This document shows positions 18,281 to 27,271 of a DNA stretch of 64,000 nt, piece after piece. The notes under the pieces are model-generated. The model did no database searches, had not been told where the DNA came from, and saw nothing but the letters and a program-made list of their open reading frames with translations. Position numbers and translations under genes: made by a program. The stretch comes from an uncultured Thermoleophilia bacterium. Its GTDB lineage: Bacteria; Actinomycetota; Thermoleophilia; UBA2241. Position 1 is the stretch's first letter. Each line of letters opens with the position of its first letter. Location: NCBI GenBank assembly GCA_963705205.1, contig CAVPJG010000008.1:72-64071 (forward strand). Reading direction: 5' to 3'.

Positions 18281-18981
18281 CGCTGGTCCTCCGCGAAGGC
18301 GTAGCCGCGGCCGTAGACCGTGAGCACGAGCCGGGGGGCGCGGGCATCGTCGCCCAGCTTGCGCCGCAGGTTCTTGATATGGGCGTCGATGGTGCGCTCG
18401 TACGGTTCGAACTCCATGCCCTGCAGGCGCTCCACCAGTTCCGGCCGCGTGTACACGCGGCCGGGGAACCGGGCGAGCGCCTGCAGCAGGCGGAACTCGG
18501 ACTCGGTGAGATCGACGAGCTCGCCGTCCAGGGTCACGCGCCGGCGGGGGCTGTCGACCAGCAACCGCCCGCCGGCCCGTTCGAGCACGTCGGCCTGCGG
18601 CTCGTCCTCGGCGCGGGCGCGGCGCAGCAGCGCCCGCACCCTGGCGGTCAGCTCGCGCGGGCTGAAGGGCTTCGTCACGTAGTCGTCGGCGCCGAGCTGC
18701 AGCCCCCGTACGAGGTCCTCCTCGGCGTCCTTGGCGGTCAGCATGATGATGGGCACGTCGGACTCGGCGCGCAGGCGCCGGCACACTTCCTCGCCGGTGA
18801 TGCCGGGAAGCCCCAGGTCGAGGATCACGAGGTCGGGGCGGCGGCGAGCGGCGGCGGCGAGAGCCTCTTCTCCGCTCGCCGCCCGGTCCACGCTGTGGCC
18901 CTGCCCCTCGAGATAGCCTTGCACGACTTCGGCGATGCGGGCCTCGTCTTCGACGACGAGGATACGGGCGGGTCCGGGCAT
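18277..18981 (-). CDS. OmpR-family response regulator
   Basis: MPGPARILVVEDE...LVILDLGLPG...KPF...winged helix LTESEFRLL...YGRGYAF. ATG 18981 chosen inside ORF 18277..19059. Confidence 0.9.
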   Translation of the reverse strand: MPGPARILVVEDEARIAEVVQGYLEGQGHSVDRAASGEEALAAAARRRPDLVILDLGLPGITGEEVCRRLRAESDVPIIMLTAKDAEEDLVRGLQLGADDYVTKPFSPRELTARVRALLRRARAEDEPQADVLERAGGRLLVDSPRRRVTLDGELVDLTESEFRLLQALARFPGRVYTRPELVERLQGMEFEPYERTIDAHIKNLRRKLGDDARAPRLVLTVYGRGYAFAEDQR

Positions 18982-19067
18982 GAGGTCATCATACCCGCCG
19001 ACCTCGGACCCGGCGCCCGGGCACCTCCCGGCCGGGCCCCGGCCTCGGCTCCGGGCCATCTGATAGG

Positions 19068-20915
19068 ATGCCTGCCACGTCCGAGGAGGTCACCCTGCCC
19101 AACCTGAAGGTGTACCGAGTCGCCTGGGTGGTCACGGCCGTTCTCGTCGTCGTCGCCCTTTTTACGCTCGGCAGTCCCGACACTCCCAGGCTCAGCCAGG
19201 AGCCGCCGTCGTTCGACGGCGAAGCCGCGTATGCCGATCTCAAGACCATCGTCGAGGACTTCCCCCAGCGGGTCGCCGGCACCGACCCGGACGCGCGCAT
19301 GGCCATCTGGGTCGAGGAGCAGTTCCGGGCCGCCGGGCTCGAGACGCACATCGACCCCTTCACCGCCACGGTCAACGGCGAAGACGTGGCGCTGCAGAAC
19401 GTCTGGGGCGTCTCCAAAGGCCGCACGCGCGGCACCATCCTGGTCCTCGCCAACCGGGACGTCCCGCCGCTTGCTACGCAAGGCGCGGGGGACAACGCCT
19501 CGGGCGTCGCCGCACTGCTCGGCCTCGCCGACGCCTTCAGCGTGACCGCCCACGAGCACAGCCTCATCTTCCTGTGCACCACCGGCGACGCCTTCGGCGC
19601 GCTCGGCGCAAGCCAGTTCGTCGAGGCGCACCAGACGGACGACCTCCTCGCGGCACTCGCGCTGCGCGACGTCGCCAAGCGGGACAGCGACGGCATCAGC
19701 ATGGATGGCTGGAGCTCGGTCGCCAGGACGGCGCCGCCGTGGTTGTGGCTGCTCACGGCCCCGGCGGCCAAGAGGGACTCCAACCTCGGGGTCGAGCTGC
19801 CGGGGGTGCCGGCGCAGGTGCTGCGACTGGCAGTCCCCACGGGCTCCGGCAGCCAGGGTCCGTTCGTGGCTGTCGGCGTGCCGGCGATCACGGTCTCCGC
19901 GGCAGGGCCGTCGGCGCCGGCGCTGAGCGACACGCTCAAGGAGGTGTCCGTGGAGACGCTGACAAAGGTCGGGACCAGCGCGCAGAACATGCTGATGGCC
20001 GTCGACGGCACCAGCGAGCCAGGCGCGCAGAGCGGCGGCACGATCTTCCTGACGCGCAAAGCGACGCTGCCGGGCGGCGCGCTCGCCGGCATCCTCGCCG
20101 CCCTGCTCCTGCCGCTCGTAGCGATCGCGGTGGACCTCTTCGCCCACTGCCGCCGCGGCCGCGTCCGCCTGCGACCGGCGTTCGTGCGCGCGGGCCTCCA
20201 CCTCGCCCCGTGGCTGGTGCTGATCGCCATCGTCTACTTCGCCAACCTGGTGGGCCTGCTGCCGCACAGCCCCGACGCGGTGATCCCTCCGGATTCGCGT
20301 CTTGCGGACTCCCCGCGCTACCTGCGCGTCGTCGTGCTGGTCGCGCTCATGCTGCTGGCCTACTCCTACGCGGTCGCGGTCGAGCGGCGGCTCGAGCGAC
20401 GCTTCGCCACCGACGCGCGCGCCACCATCTTCGTCTCCCACCTCCTGTTGGTGCTCATCGCCCTTCTGCTGCTGCTCGTGAACCCGTACACCGTGCTGCT
20501 GATCCTGCCGGCCGCCATTCTTTGGCCACTCGCCAGACCCGGCGGGTGGGCGCGATCGATCCTCCCCGTCTACCTCGGCTTGCTGATGGTGCCGGTGCCG
20601 CTCATCTACTACGCGCTCCAGCTCGATATCGGTTGGAAGGTCTGGTGGTACTTCTTCCTGCTGTTCGAGAACCGCACCATCCCGGCCGCCGCCGTCCTGC
20701 TTGCGGCGCTGTTCTTCTCGACCGCCGGAGTACTCGCGCACACGCTGCACGAGCGCGGGCTCGCGCCGGGTGCGCTTTCGTGGCCGGCGGTGGAGCGCCG
20801 CGGCACGGACCGGATGAGCGACGCGGAATGGGCCGCCGTCGCGGAGGTCATGACGAGTCGCACACGGCACGGCGGCCGCGCACGGCGGCGAAGCCGCGGG
20901 GCGCTGAAGCGCTGA
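19068..20915 (+). CDS. M28-family peptidase domain fused to a polytopic membrane domain
   Basis: 615 aa: N-terminal TM, then NVWGV...ILVLANRD...GAGDNASGVAALLGLA (M28 metal-ligand block), then at least 7 hydrophobic helices. Confidence 0.75.
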   Translation: MPATSEEVTLPNLKVYRVAWVVTAVLVVVALFTLGSPDTPRLSQEPPSFDGEAAYADLKTIVEDFPQRVAGTDPDARMAIWVEEQFRAAGLETHIDPFTATVNGEDVALQNVWGVSKGRTRGTILVLANRDVPPLATQGAGDNASGVAALLGLADAFSVTAHEHSLIFLCTTGDAFGALGASQFVEAHQTDDLLAALALRDVAKRDSDGISMDGWSSVARTAPPWLWLLTAPAAKRDSNLGVELPGVPAQVLRLAVPTGSGSQGPFVAVGVPAITVSAAGPSAPALSDTLKEVSVETLTKVGTSAQNMLMAVDGTSEPGAQSGGTIFLTRKATLPGGALAGILAALLLPLVAIAVDLFAHCRRGRVRLRPAFVRAGLHLAPWLVLIAIVYFANLVGLLPHSPDAVIPPDSRLADSPRYLRVVVLVALMLLAYSYAVAVERRLERRFATDARATIFVSHLLLVLIALLLLLVNPYTVLLILPAAILWPLARPGGWARSILPVYLGLLMVPVPLIYYALQLDIGWKVWWYFFLLFENRTIPAAAVLLAALFFSTAGVLAHTLHERGLAPGALSWPAVERRGTDRMSDAEWAAVAEVMTSRTRHGGRARRRSRGALKR

Positions 20916-20978
20916 GAGGGGCCAACGACGAGGCCGGGGGCTCCCCTGCGGGCGCCCCCCGGCCTCGTCACGCTCGGC

Positions 20979-22537
20979 TCAGTATTCTTCCTGAGAGAGG
21001 GACTCGTCGATGGCCGAGTCGGTCTCGGCGTCGAGCTCCGGCGTGTCGCTGCCCGGAACGGGCTTCTCGCCGCTGTCGCGCGAGAGCAGTGCGGCCTCGC
21101 CGCTCATCATGGCGTCGAACGCCTTGGCCTTGAGGCGGGCGCGGGTCTCCTCGATCCGGCGACGCATCTCGGCCTGATCGATGGAGACTCCCTCCCGGGC
21201 CGAGGCGGCCGGGGCCGCGGCGTCTTCGGCGACCAGCTCCGGCTCCTCGCGCGACGGGCGGCTCCTCGGCGACGGCTCCCGCACGGCTCCTCGGCGACGA
21301 CCGGTTCCGGCTCAGCGGCGACGACGGGTTCCGGCTCAGCGGCGACGACGGGTTCCGGCTCCTCGGCGACGACGGGTTCCGGCTCAGCGGCGACGACGGG
21401 TTCCGGCTCAGCGGCAACCGGCTCCGCCGGGGTCGCCACGGCCAGCGGGGGCGGCACGGCGGGACCGGCGTAAGGCTCTGGCTCGGCGCCGGCCAGGGGA
21501 GCCTCGGCGACGACTTCATCCGCTGCGGCTTCCTCGGCGATGGCTTCTTCCGCGACCGCCTCGGCGAGGTCCGCCTCCTGCACGGCCTCCTCGGCGACGG
21601 CCTCTTCGACGGCGGCCTCCACGACCGCCTCTTCGGCGACGATCTCGATGAACGCCGCCTCCTCGACTGCGGCGGCGGCGACGAGCTCGGCCGCGTCCGC
21701 CTCAGCGACCGCCTGCTCCGCAACGGTGGTGGCGGCGTCGGCCTCCACGATCGCGGCCTCCGCAGCGAACTCCGCGGCGGCTGCGTCGGCGTCGTCGGCG
21801 AGCAGGGCCTCGGTCACAGCGTCCTCGGCCACCTGCTCGGCCGCCACCGCCTCGAAGACGGCTTCCTCGGCCACGACCTCGGCGACATCCGCCTCGGCGA
21901 TCGCCTCCTCAGCGACGATCTCCGCAGCCGCGGCCTCCACGACGGCCTCCTCGGCCACGACCTCGGCGGCCACGGCTTCCACGACTGAGGCATCGGCGAC
22001 AGCGGCAGCATCGTCGGCGCGCTCGGCCGCCTCGTCGGCGAACGGCTGCGCCAGCTCGCTCTCGAGCGTCGCGCGCGTCTCGTCGATGCGCGCGCGCAGG
22101 TCTTCACCGGCAGGCCCGCCGGGGCGCTCTTCCCAGTCCGGGAACGGCTTGGGGGGCGGAGCTTCCTCGGCGATGGCCTCTTCCGCGACGACCTCTTCGA
22201 CCGCGACGAGGTCGGCCTCCTCGACGGCGGCCTCCTCGGTGACGGCCTCCTCGGTGACGGCCTCCACGACGGCGGCCTCCACCACGACGTCTTCCGCGAC
22301 CGGCTCGGCCGGCGTCCAAGGCTCTTCGACGGGCGGCGCCTCCGCCACGGCGGTGGCCGCGCCGGCCCACTCAGCGACCGGCTCCGGCTGCGGGTACTCG
22401 TCGGGCGCGGCGCCCAGCAGCTTGCCGCTCGCGCCGCCGATCAGCTGCTCGCGCAGTGCACGCCCGCTCTTCGGGGCGACGAGCAGGGCGACGCCCGCCC
22501 CGATCGCGAGTCCGAGCAGGAACCTCATCACCTTCAT
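20979..22537 (-). pseudogene. YtxH-like membrane-anchored polyacidic repeat protein; frame breaks at the end of a tandem repeat (or assembly error)
   Basis: AAGGAGG precedes ATG 22537. MKVMRFLLGLAIGAGVALLVAPKSGRALREQL (YtxH-like), then about 400 aa of A/E/V-rich sequence and an AAEPEPVV array. The frame is lost near 21255-21290. The C-terminus continues in ORF 20979..21284 (…EEPELVAED…IDQAEMRRRIEETRARLKAKAFD…SQEEY). Confidence 0.6.
21294..21419 (-). repeat. in-frame 24-bp tandem repeat, about 5 copies (AAEPEPVV units)
   Basis: GGCGACGACGGGTTCCGGCTCAGC repeated on the + strand with 1-2 substitutions per copy. Lies inside the polyacidic gene. Confidence 0.85.
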
Positions 22538-22675
22538 CGCTGCCTCCTTGACCGCTGCCGTGCCAGCCGCACAGGCGCGCGAAGCCGGCGAAAGTGTACG
22601 TCGGAAGAAACGTGCCCAGGCTTTACAGTTTACAGCCCTGTATACGCTGGGTCCCGGTGCAGTCCTGCCGGAAGA

Positions 22676-23071
22676 TCAGGCGAGCCGCTGCGCCGTGACG
22701 CTGCCGTCCTCTCCCGCCGTCAAGAGGACGACCCACCGCGGACCCCACTGCTCGCTCACCTTCATCGCCGCCTCGTTGAGCGCCGCGCTGACGTCCTTGC
22801 CCACAAAAGCCATGAGCGGCAGCATGGGACGGTGCTCGATCTGCACCCGCACGCCCTCCTCGTTCTGCTTGAGCAGGATGGGCTCCGCGCTCAGGTCGTG
22901 CAGCCGGGCGACGTTGGCCGGGGCCAGTTCCAGGGACGTCCTGGCGCCGGCGACCGAGCTCGGCGAAGTGTCGAGATCGCTCTTCATCCGGCGGGCAAGC
23001 ACCCAGACGACGAGCAGGGCCACGAGCGCAACGACCAGGAAGATGAGGATCCCGACATACACACCGCTCAC
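22676..23071 (-). CDS. hypothetical single-pass membrane protein
   Basis: 131 aa. GTG start overlaps the rarA stop (GTGA). N-terminal TM VYVGILIFLVVALVALLVVWVL. GC3-rich codons. Confidence 0.55.
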   Translation of the reverse strand: MSGVYVGILIFLVVALVALLVVWVLARRMKSDLDTSPSSVAGARTSLELAPANVARLHDLSAEPILLKQNEEGVRVQIEHRPMLPLMAFVGKDVSAALNEAAMKVSEQWGPRWVVLLTAGEDGSVTAQRLA

Positions 23072-24426
23072 GACCCCTTCGCCTCCTCGTCACCGTCGCC
23101 TTCGCCGGAAGCGACCTGCCGCCGGATCTCCTCCCAGCGAGCGGCCAGCCGGCTCTCGACTCCCCGTATCGGCACGTAGTAGCGGCGGCCTGAGAGCCGG
23201 TCGGGCAGGTACTGCTGCCTGACCCAGCCGCCGCTGGCGTGCGGGTACTTGTACCCCGCCCCGTGGCCGAGTTCCTTCGCCCCGCGGTAGTTCGCGTCAC
23301 GAAGGTGCGGCGGCGGCGGCTGGTTGCCCTGGCGACGCACGTCGTCGAGAGCCGCGTCCACCGCCGTGTAGGCGGCGTTGCTCTTGGGCGCCAGGGCCAG
23401 GTACGTCGCCGCCTGGCTCAGGTTGATGCGACACTCGGGCAAGCCCACGAACTCCACGGCGCGCGCGGCCGCAATCGCCACCTGCAGCGCCTGCGGGTCG
23501 GCGTTGCCGACGTCCTCACTGGCGAAGACGATCATGCGGCGCGCGATGAACTTGGGGTCCTCGCCGCCGGCGATCATGGAGGCGAGATAGTAGACCGTCG
23601 CGTCCGGGTCGCTGCCGCGCATGCTCTTGATGAACGCCGAGACGGTGTCGTAGTGCGCGTCCTCGCGGTCGTACATGACGGGGGACTTCTGCGCGGCGTC
23701 CTGCAGATCGTCGAGGGTGAGCGTGACGGGCGCTCCCGGCGACGCCGCGGAGCGGGAGCGCCAGGCCGTCTCCAGGGCGTTGAGCGCGACGCGCGCGTCA
23801 CCTCGCGACATGCCGGCGAGGAAGGCGAGCGCGCCTTCGCCGAGCGTGACGCCTCTGCCGCCCAGGCCGCGCTCCTCGTCCTGCAGCGCGGCCATCACGA
23901 CCTGCTCGACCAGCTCCGGCGTGAGCGGCTCGAAGCGGTAAAGCTGGCAACGGCTGAGGAGCGCCGAGTTGACCTCGAAGTAGGGGTTCTCGGTGGTCGC
24001 GCCGATGAGCGTGACGATCCCGTCCTCTATCGCCGGCAGGAGCGCGTCCTGCTGCGCCTTGTTGAAGCGGTGGATCTCATCGATGAAGAGCACGGTGCGC
24101 GCCGCGCTGAGGGCGCGCGCCTCTCGCGCGCCCTTGATGGCGGCGCGAACGTCCGCGGTGCCCGAGCTCACCGCCGAGAGCTGCACCAGCCGGGCGCCGG
24201 TCTCGGCGGCGATGAGCCGCGCCAGCGTGGTCTTGCCGCAGCCCGGCGGCCCGAAGAGGATCATGCTGAACAGCTGGCCGCCCTTGACGGCGGCGCGGAG
24301 CACCGTGCCGGGCCCGATGATGTGCTCCTGCCCGGCGAACTCCGCCAGCGCGCGCGGCCGCATGCGCGCCGCCAGCGGCGCCTCGGCCGCGACCTGCTCG
24401 TCGCTCATGGAGAAGAGGTCGTCCAT
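23068..24426 (-). CDS. rarA: replication-associated recombination protein A (AAA+ ATPase)
   Basis: MDDLF...PLAARMRPRALAEFAGQEHI...LFGPPGCGKTTLA...LFIDEIHRFNK...GATTENPYFEV...YKYPH. ATG 24426. Confidence 0.9.
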   Translation of the reverse strand: MDDLFSMSDEQVAAEAPLAARMRPRALAEFAGQEHIIGPGTVLRAAVKGGQLFSMILFGPPGCGKTTLARLIAAETGARLVQLSAVSSGTADVRAAIKGAREARALSAARTVLFIDEIHRFNKAQQDALLPAIEDGIVTLIGATTENPYFEVNSALLSRCQLYRFEPLTPELVEQVVMAALQDEERGLGGRGVTLGEGALAFLAGMSRGDARVALNALETAWRSRSAASPGAPVTLTLDDLQDAAQKSPVMYDREDAHYDTVSAFIKSMRGSDPDATVYYLASMIAGGEDPKFIARRMIVFASEDVGNADPQALQVAIAAARAVEFVGLPECRINLSQAATYLALAPKSNAAYTAVDAALDDVRRQGNQPPPPHLRDANYRGAKELGHGAGYKYPHASGGWVRQQYLPDRLSGRRYYVPIRGVESRLAARWEEIRRQVASGEGDGDEEAKGS

Positions 24427-24432
24427 CGGCCC

Positions 24433-24449
24433 AGTGTATCTGCTACTAT
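24433..24449. promoter_or_regulatory. back-to-back -10 hexamers in a 31-bp divergent intergenic region (leaderless geometry)
   Basis: Minus sense: TACACT (24438..24433), then 6 nt, then rarA ATG 24426. Plus sense: TACTAT (24444-24449), then 8 nt, then HNH ATG 24458. No SD for either gene. Confidence 0.4.
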
Positions 24450-24457
24450 CCGGGACG

Positions 24458-24958
24458 ATGCGCAAGGTGCTCGTCCTGAACACCACCTACGAGCCACTCA
24501 ACGTGTGCTCCGTGCGACGTGCGCTCGTCCTCCTGCTCAAAGGCAAGGCCGAAGTGCTCGAGCAATCGGGGTCGGCCCTGCACACCGAGCGCTGCGACTA
24601 CGAGATCCCCCTCGTCATCCGTCTCACGACCTTCGTCCGCATCCCGCGCCGGATGACGTCCGCGCGCATCTCCCGCCGGGCGGTCTTCGCCCGCGACAAG
24701 CACCGCTGCCAGTACTGCGGCAGCGCGCGGCACCTCACCGTGGACCACGTGGTACCGCGTTCCAGGGGCGGCTCCGACACCTGGGACAACCTCGTCACGT
24801 CGTGCGCGCCCTGCAACCGCAAGAAGGCGGACCGGCCGCTGCACGTGGCGGGCCTGCGGCTCACGCGGCCGCCGCGACCGCCGGGGCCGGCGGCGTTCGT
24901 GCTGCTCCACGTGGACCACGTCCACGAGAGTTGGCGCCCCTACCTCAGCTACGCCTAG
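24458..24958 (+). CDS. HNH endonuclease
   Basis: 166 aa: RDKHRCQYCGS...LTVDHVVPRSRGGSDTWDNLVTSCAPCNRKK (HNH with CxxC pairs). Confidence 0.85.
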   Translation: MRKVLVLNTTYEPLNVCSVRRALVLLLKGKAEVLEQSGSALHTERCDYEIPLVIRLTTFVRIPRRMTSARISRRAVFARDKHRCQYCGSARHLTVDHVVPRSRGGSDTWDNLVTSCAPCNRKKADRPLHVAGLRLTRPPRPPGPAAFVLLHVDHVHESWRPYLSYA

Positions 24959-24980
24959 GGCTGCTCCTCGGGGTGCGAGA

Positions 24981-25011
24981 GGGGCGGCGGGGCCTCGCGC
25001 CCCGCCGCCCC
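24981..25011. terminator. 13-bp GC stem-loop between convergent genes
   Basis: GGGGCGGCGGGGC-ctcgc-GCCCCGCCGCCCC, between the HNH stop (24958) and the SBP stop (25021). No U-tract. Confidence 0.5.
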
Positions 25012-25020
25012 CTCAGCCGC

Positions 25021-26844
25021 TCAGGCCTCCGTCTCTACGCGCCCCGCCCGTCTCCGCAGCAGCAGGACGACGAGAAGGATGATGACGACGGCCGCGACCA
25101 CGATCGCCACGATGAGGCCCGTGCTGGATCCGCCGTCAGTCTCGGCCGCAGCGGCGCTCCCGGGGTGCACCGCGACGTAAGTGTCCGGCTGGGTGTTGTA
25201 CCACCAGAGGCCCTTGTCCTCGCCGGCGCGCACCCAGCCGGTCCACCTGCCCTTGTTGGCGGCCTCGAGGTTGAGCGGGTAGACGAGCGGGATGTAGGGC
25301 GATTCGTCATAGATGATCTGCTGCATCTGGTGCACGAGTGCGATGCGCTCCTGCTGGTCGATCGTCGTCTGCTGCTCGAGGAACAACTTGTCGTACTCCT
25401 CATTCGACCACATGCAGTCGCTCCAGCTCTCGATCGAGCCGGTGGTCATGACCGAGAGGATGAAGTTGGGGTCGACGTCGCCGCCCCAGCCCCAGATGAA
25501 CATGTCGAAGTCGGGGGCGTAGTCGTCGCCCTCGTAGTTGTACTGCCTGTCGCCGAGGGCGCCGTTGGTGATCACCTGGTAGTCGATGTCGAGGCCGATC
25601 TCCTTGAACCAGCCGGTGATGAGCTTGCCGCAGTTCTGGCTCTCGGGTGACTCGGTGCGTGCGTACAGGCGCAGCTTGATGGGCTCGCCCTTGTACTCTC
25701 GGATGCCGTCGCCGTTCGCGTCCGGATAGCCCGCCTCGTCGAGCGCCTGACGCGCCTTGTCGAGGTCGAAGGTGTAGGGGTTCTCGGGCGTCAGGTGGTA
25801 GTCGGCCTCGGCTGAGTAGAAGTCGGCGGTGCAAAGCGTGTCGGCTGGGGCGGCGTTGCCGTTGTAGCCGATGGAGACGATCTTGTCCTTGTCGATTGCC
25901 CACTGAAGGGCACTGCGGAAGGCCGGGTCCTGCAGGGCCGGGTGCCCCGTCGACTTCGGGTAGACCTTCTGGTCGGCGCAGTTGAAGCCGAGTTCGTCGA
26001 CGCCAATCACGACGCCGCGAATGGACTCAAGGTCGGCCTCGTTGTCGAGCGCGTCGAACTGCGCCCCAGGGATGTTCCAGGCGCTCTGGATGGCGCCGGT
26101 CTTGAGGTCCTGTGCCATCGTGTCCTGGTTCTGATACATCTGGAAGATGACCTCGTCGACCTTGGGGGCGCCGCGCCAGTAGCTCTTGTTGGCTTCCATG
26201 CGCAAGAACTCGCCCCTCTTCCACTCGACGGTCTGGAAGGGCCCCGAGCCGACGATCGGCGGTGGGTTCTTGAACTTCTTCTCGACCTCCGAGGGCTTGA
26301 CCTTGCTCCAGAGATGCTCGGGGAGGATCGGTATCCAGAGGCCGAGCATGTTGGCCTTCGCCTTCGAGCAGGTGAAGACGACGTGGGTATCGTCGATCGC
26401 CTCGACCTTGTCGATGAACTTGACGTAGTCGATGAACATGCCGAGCTCGTTGTCGATGATGTAGTTGAAGGTGAAGGCCACATCGGCCGCAGTGAGCGGC
26501 TCACCGTCCTGCCACATCGACTTGTCGGTGATCGTGAACGTCCAGACCTTGCCGTCGTCGGAGGTCTGCCAGTCGGTCGCCAGGCCGACGCCGGGAACGT
26601 TGGCGTAGTCCTCAGCGCGGAAGCCGACGAGCAGCTCGTAGTTGAGCGCCCAGACCTCGTAGCTCGACGACTCGAAGCCGATGAAGGGGTTGAGGTTGTC
26701 GCAGTCGGTGGTCCATCCCAGGCGCAGGATGGTCTTGCCGGCGGCCGGCGAGGCGCTCTCCTCGGAGGCCATCGCGCCGGCGATGCCCCAAAGCAGCCCC
26801 GCCGCCAGCAGGGCCACCACCAGCGCGGCGAGCAGCCGGCTCAT
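25021..26844 (-). CDS. ABC-transporter family-5 (peptide/nickel type) solute-binding protein with C-terminal membrane anchor
   Basis: MSRLLAALVVALLAAGLLWG signal, then LRLGWTTDCDNLNPF..., WQDGEPLTAADV, ...YWRGAPKVDEVIF. C-terminus: DGGSSTGLIVAIVVAAVVIILLVVLLLRRRAGR. No permease or ATPase genes nearby. Confidence 0.8.
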   Translation of the reverse strand: MSRLLAALVVALLAAGLLWGIAGAMASEESASPAAGKTILRLGWTTDCDNLNPFIGFESSSYEVWALNYELLVGFRAEDYANVPGVGLATDWQTSDDGKVWTFTITDKSMWQDGEPLTAADVAFTFNYIIDNELGMFIDYVKFIDKVEAIDDTHVVFTCSKAKANMLGLWIPILPEHLWSKVKPSEVEKKFKNPPPIVGSGPFQTVEWKRGEFLRMEANKSYWRGAPKVDEVIFQMYQNQDTMAQDLKTGAIQSAWNIPGAQFDALDNEADLESIRGVVIGVDELGFNCADQKVYPKSTGHPALQDPAFRSALQWAIDKDKIVSIGYNGNAAPADTLCTADFYSAEADYHLTPENPYTFDLDKARQALDEAGYPDANGDGIREYKGEPIKLRLYARTESPESQNCGKLITGWFKEIGLDIDYQVITNGALGDRQYNYEGDDYAPDFDMFIWGWGGDVDPNFILSVMTTGSIESWSDCMWSNEEYDKLFLEQQTTIDQQERIALVHQMQQIIYDESPYIPLVYPLNLEAANKGRWTGWVRAGEDKGLWWYNTQPDTYVAVHPGSAAAAETDGGSSTGLIVAIVVAAVVIILLVVLLLRRRAGRVETEA

Positions 26845-26958
26845 GGATCGTGTGCGTGCGACAGCCACGTTCGCTCCTTCCGTTCCCCCCACGGTCAGAC
26901 CGTGCCGATCTCTTCTACTAAAGCACGAACCCTGCGCACGGACCAGCCGGACGGATGC

Positions 26959-26964
26959 TATACT
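26959..26964 (+). promoter_or_regulatory. candidate -10 (TATACT) placed for a leaderless GTG start
   Basis: TATACT, then 7 nt, then GTG 26972. Confidence 0.35.
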
Positions 26965-26971
26965 CCGCGCC

Positions 26972-27247
26972 GTGATCATCGACGACGCCAGAGAGCCGCG
27001 GCTGCAGCTGGGCGACGCGGAGCCGTTCCGCATCGACAGCGCCGAGGTCACGCGCGACATCGAGCGCTCCACACTGACCAGCATCGTCCTCAACGGCGAC
27101 CCGTTCCGGCTGCCCGTGGGGGCCCGCGTCACCCTTTGGACGGGCCCCAACGTCGTATTCGTCGGCAAGGCGGTCGACGAGCACCACGTCCTCGACCTGC
27201 TCTCCACCGAGACAGACGACGAGCTCGCCGACGACGAGATCATCTGA
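26972..27247 (+). CDS. hypothetical small acidic protein (91 aa)
   Basis: In-frame part of ORF 26681..27247 from GTG 26972: IIDDAREPRLQLGDAEPFRIDSAEV...DELADDEII. GC3-rich. Sits immediately upstream of rmlA. Confidence 0.4.
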   Translation: MIIDDAREPRLQLGDAEPFRIDSAEVTRDIERSTLTSIVLNGDPFRLPVGARVTLWTGPNVVFVGKAVDEHHVLDLLSTETDDELADDEII

Positions 27248-27271
27248 CTCGCCGGCGCGGGGGACACGCCC

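Noticed and set aside
18825-20870. 681-aa minus-strand ORF opposite the M28 peptidase gene. Similar long antisense ORFs occur at 14374-15837, 28846-30942, 50214-51614, 53764-55344 and 59892-61625.
   Set aside because: The translations are Arg/Gly/Ala/Pro-rich low-complexity strings with no domain-like blocks. Each lies opposite a gene with clear family motifs (TrpB2, rmlD/rmlB, DadA-like, mntH, feoB).
21294-21419. Regular 24-bp repeats that superficially look like a short repeat array
   Set aside because: There are no spacers. The copies are contiguous and in frame, encoding AAEPEPVV inside a protein, so this is a coding tandem repeat and not a CRISPR array.
22629-22655. GTTTAC-n15-GGGTCC, resembling a sigmaB-type stress promoter near the YtxH-like gene
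   Set aside because: It is on the + strand and points away from the minus-strand YtxH gene. No + strand gene follows it.
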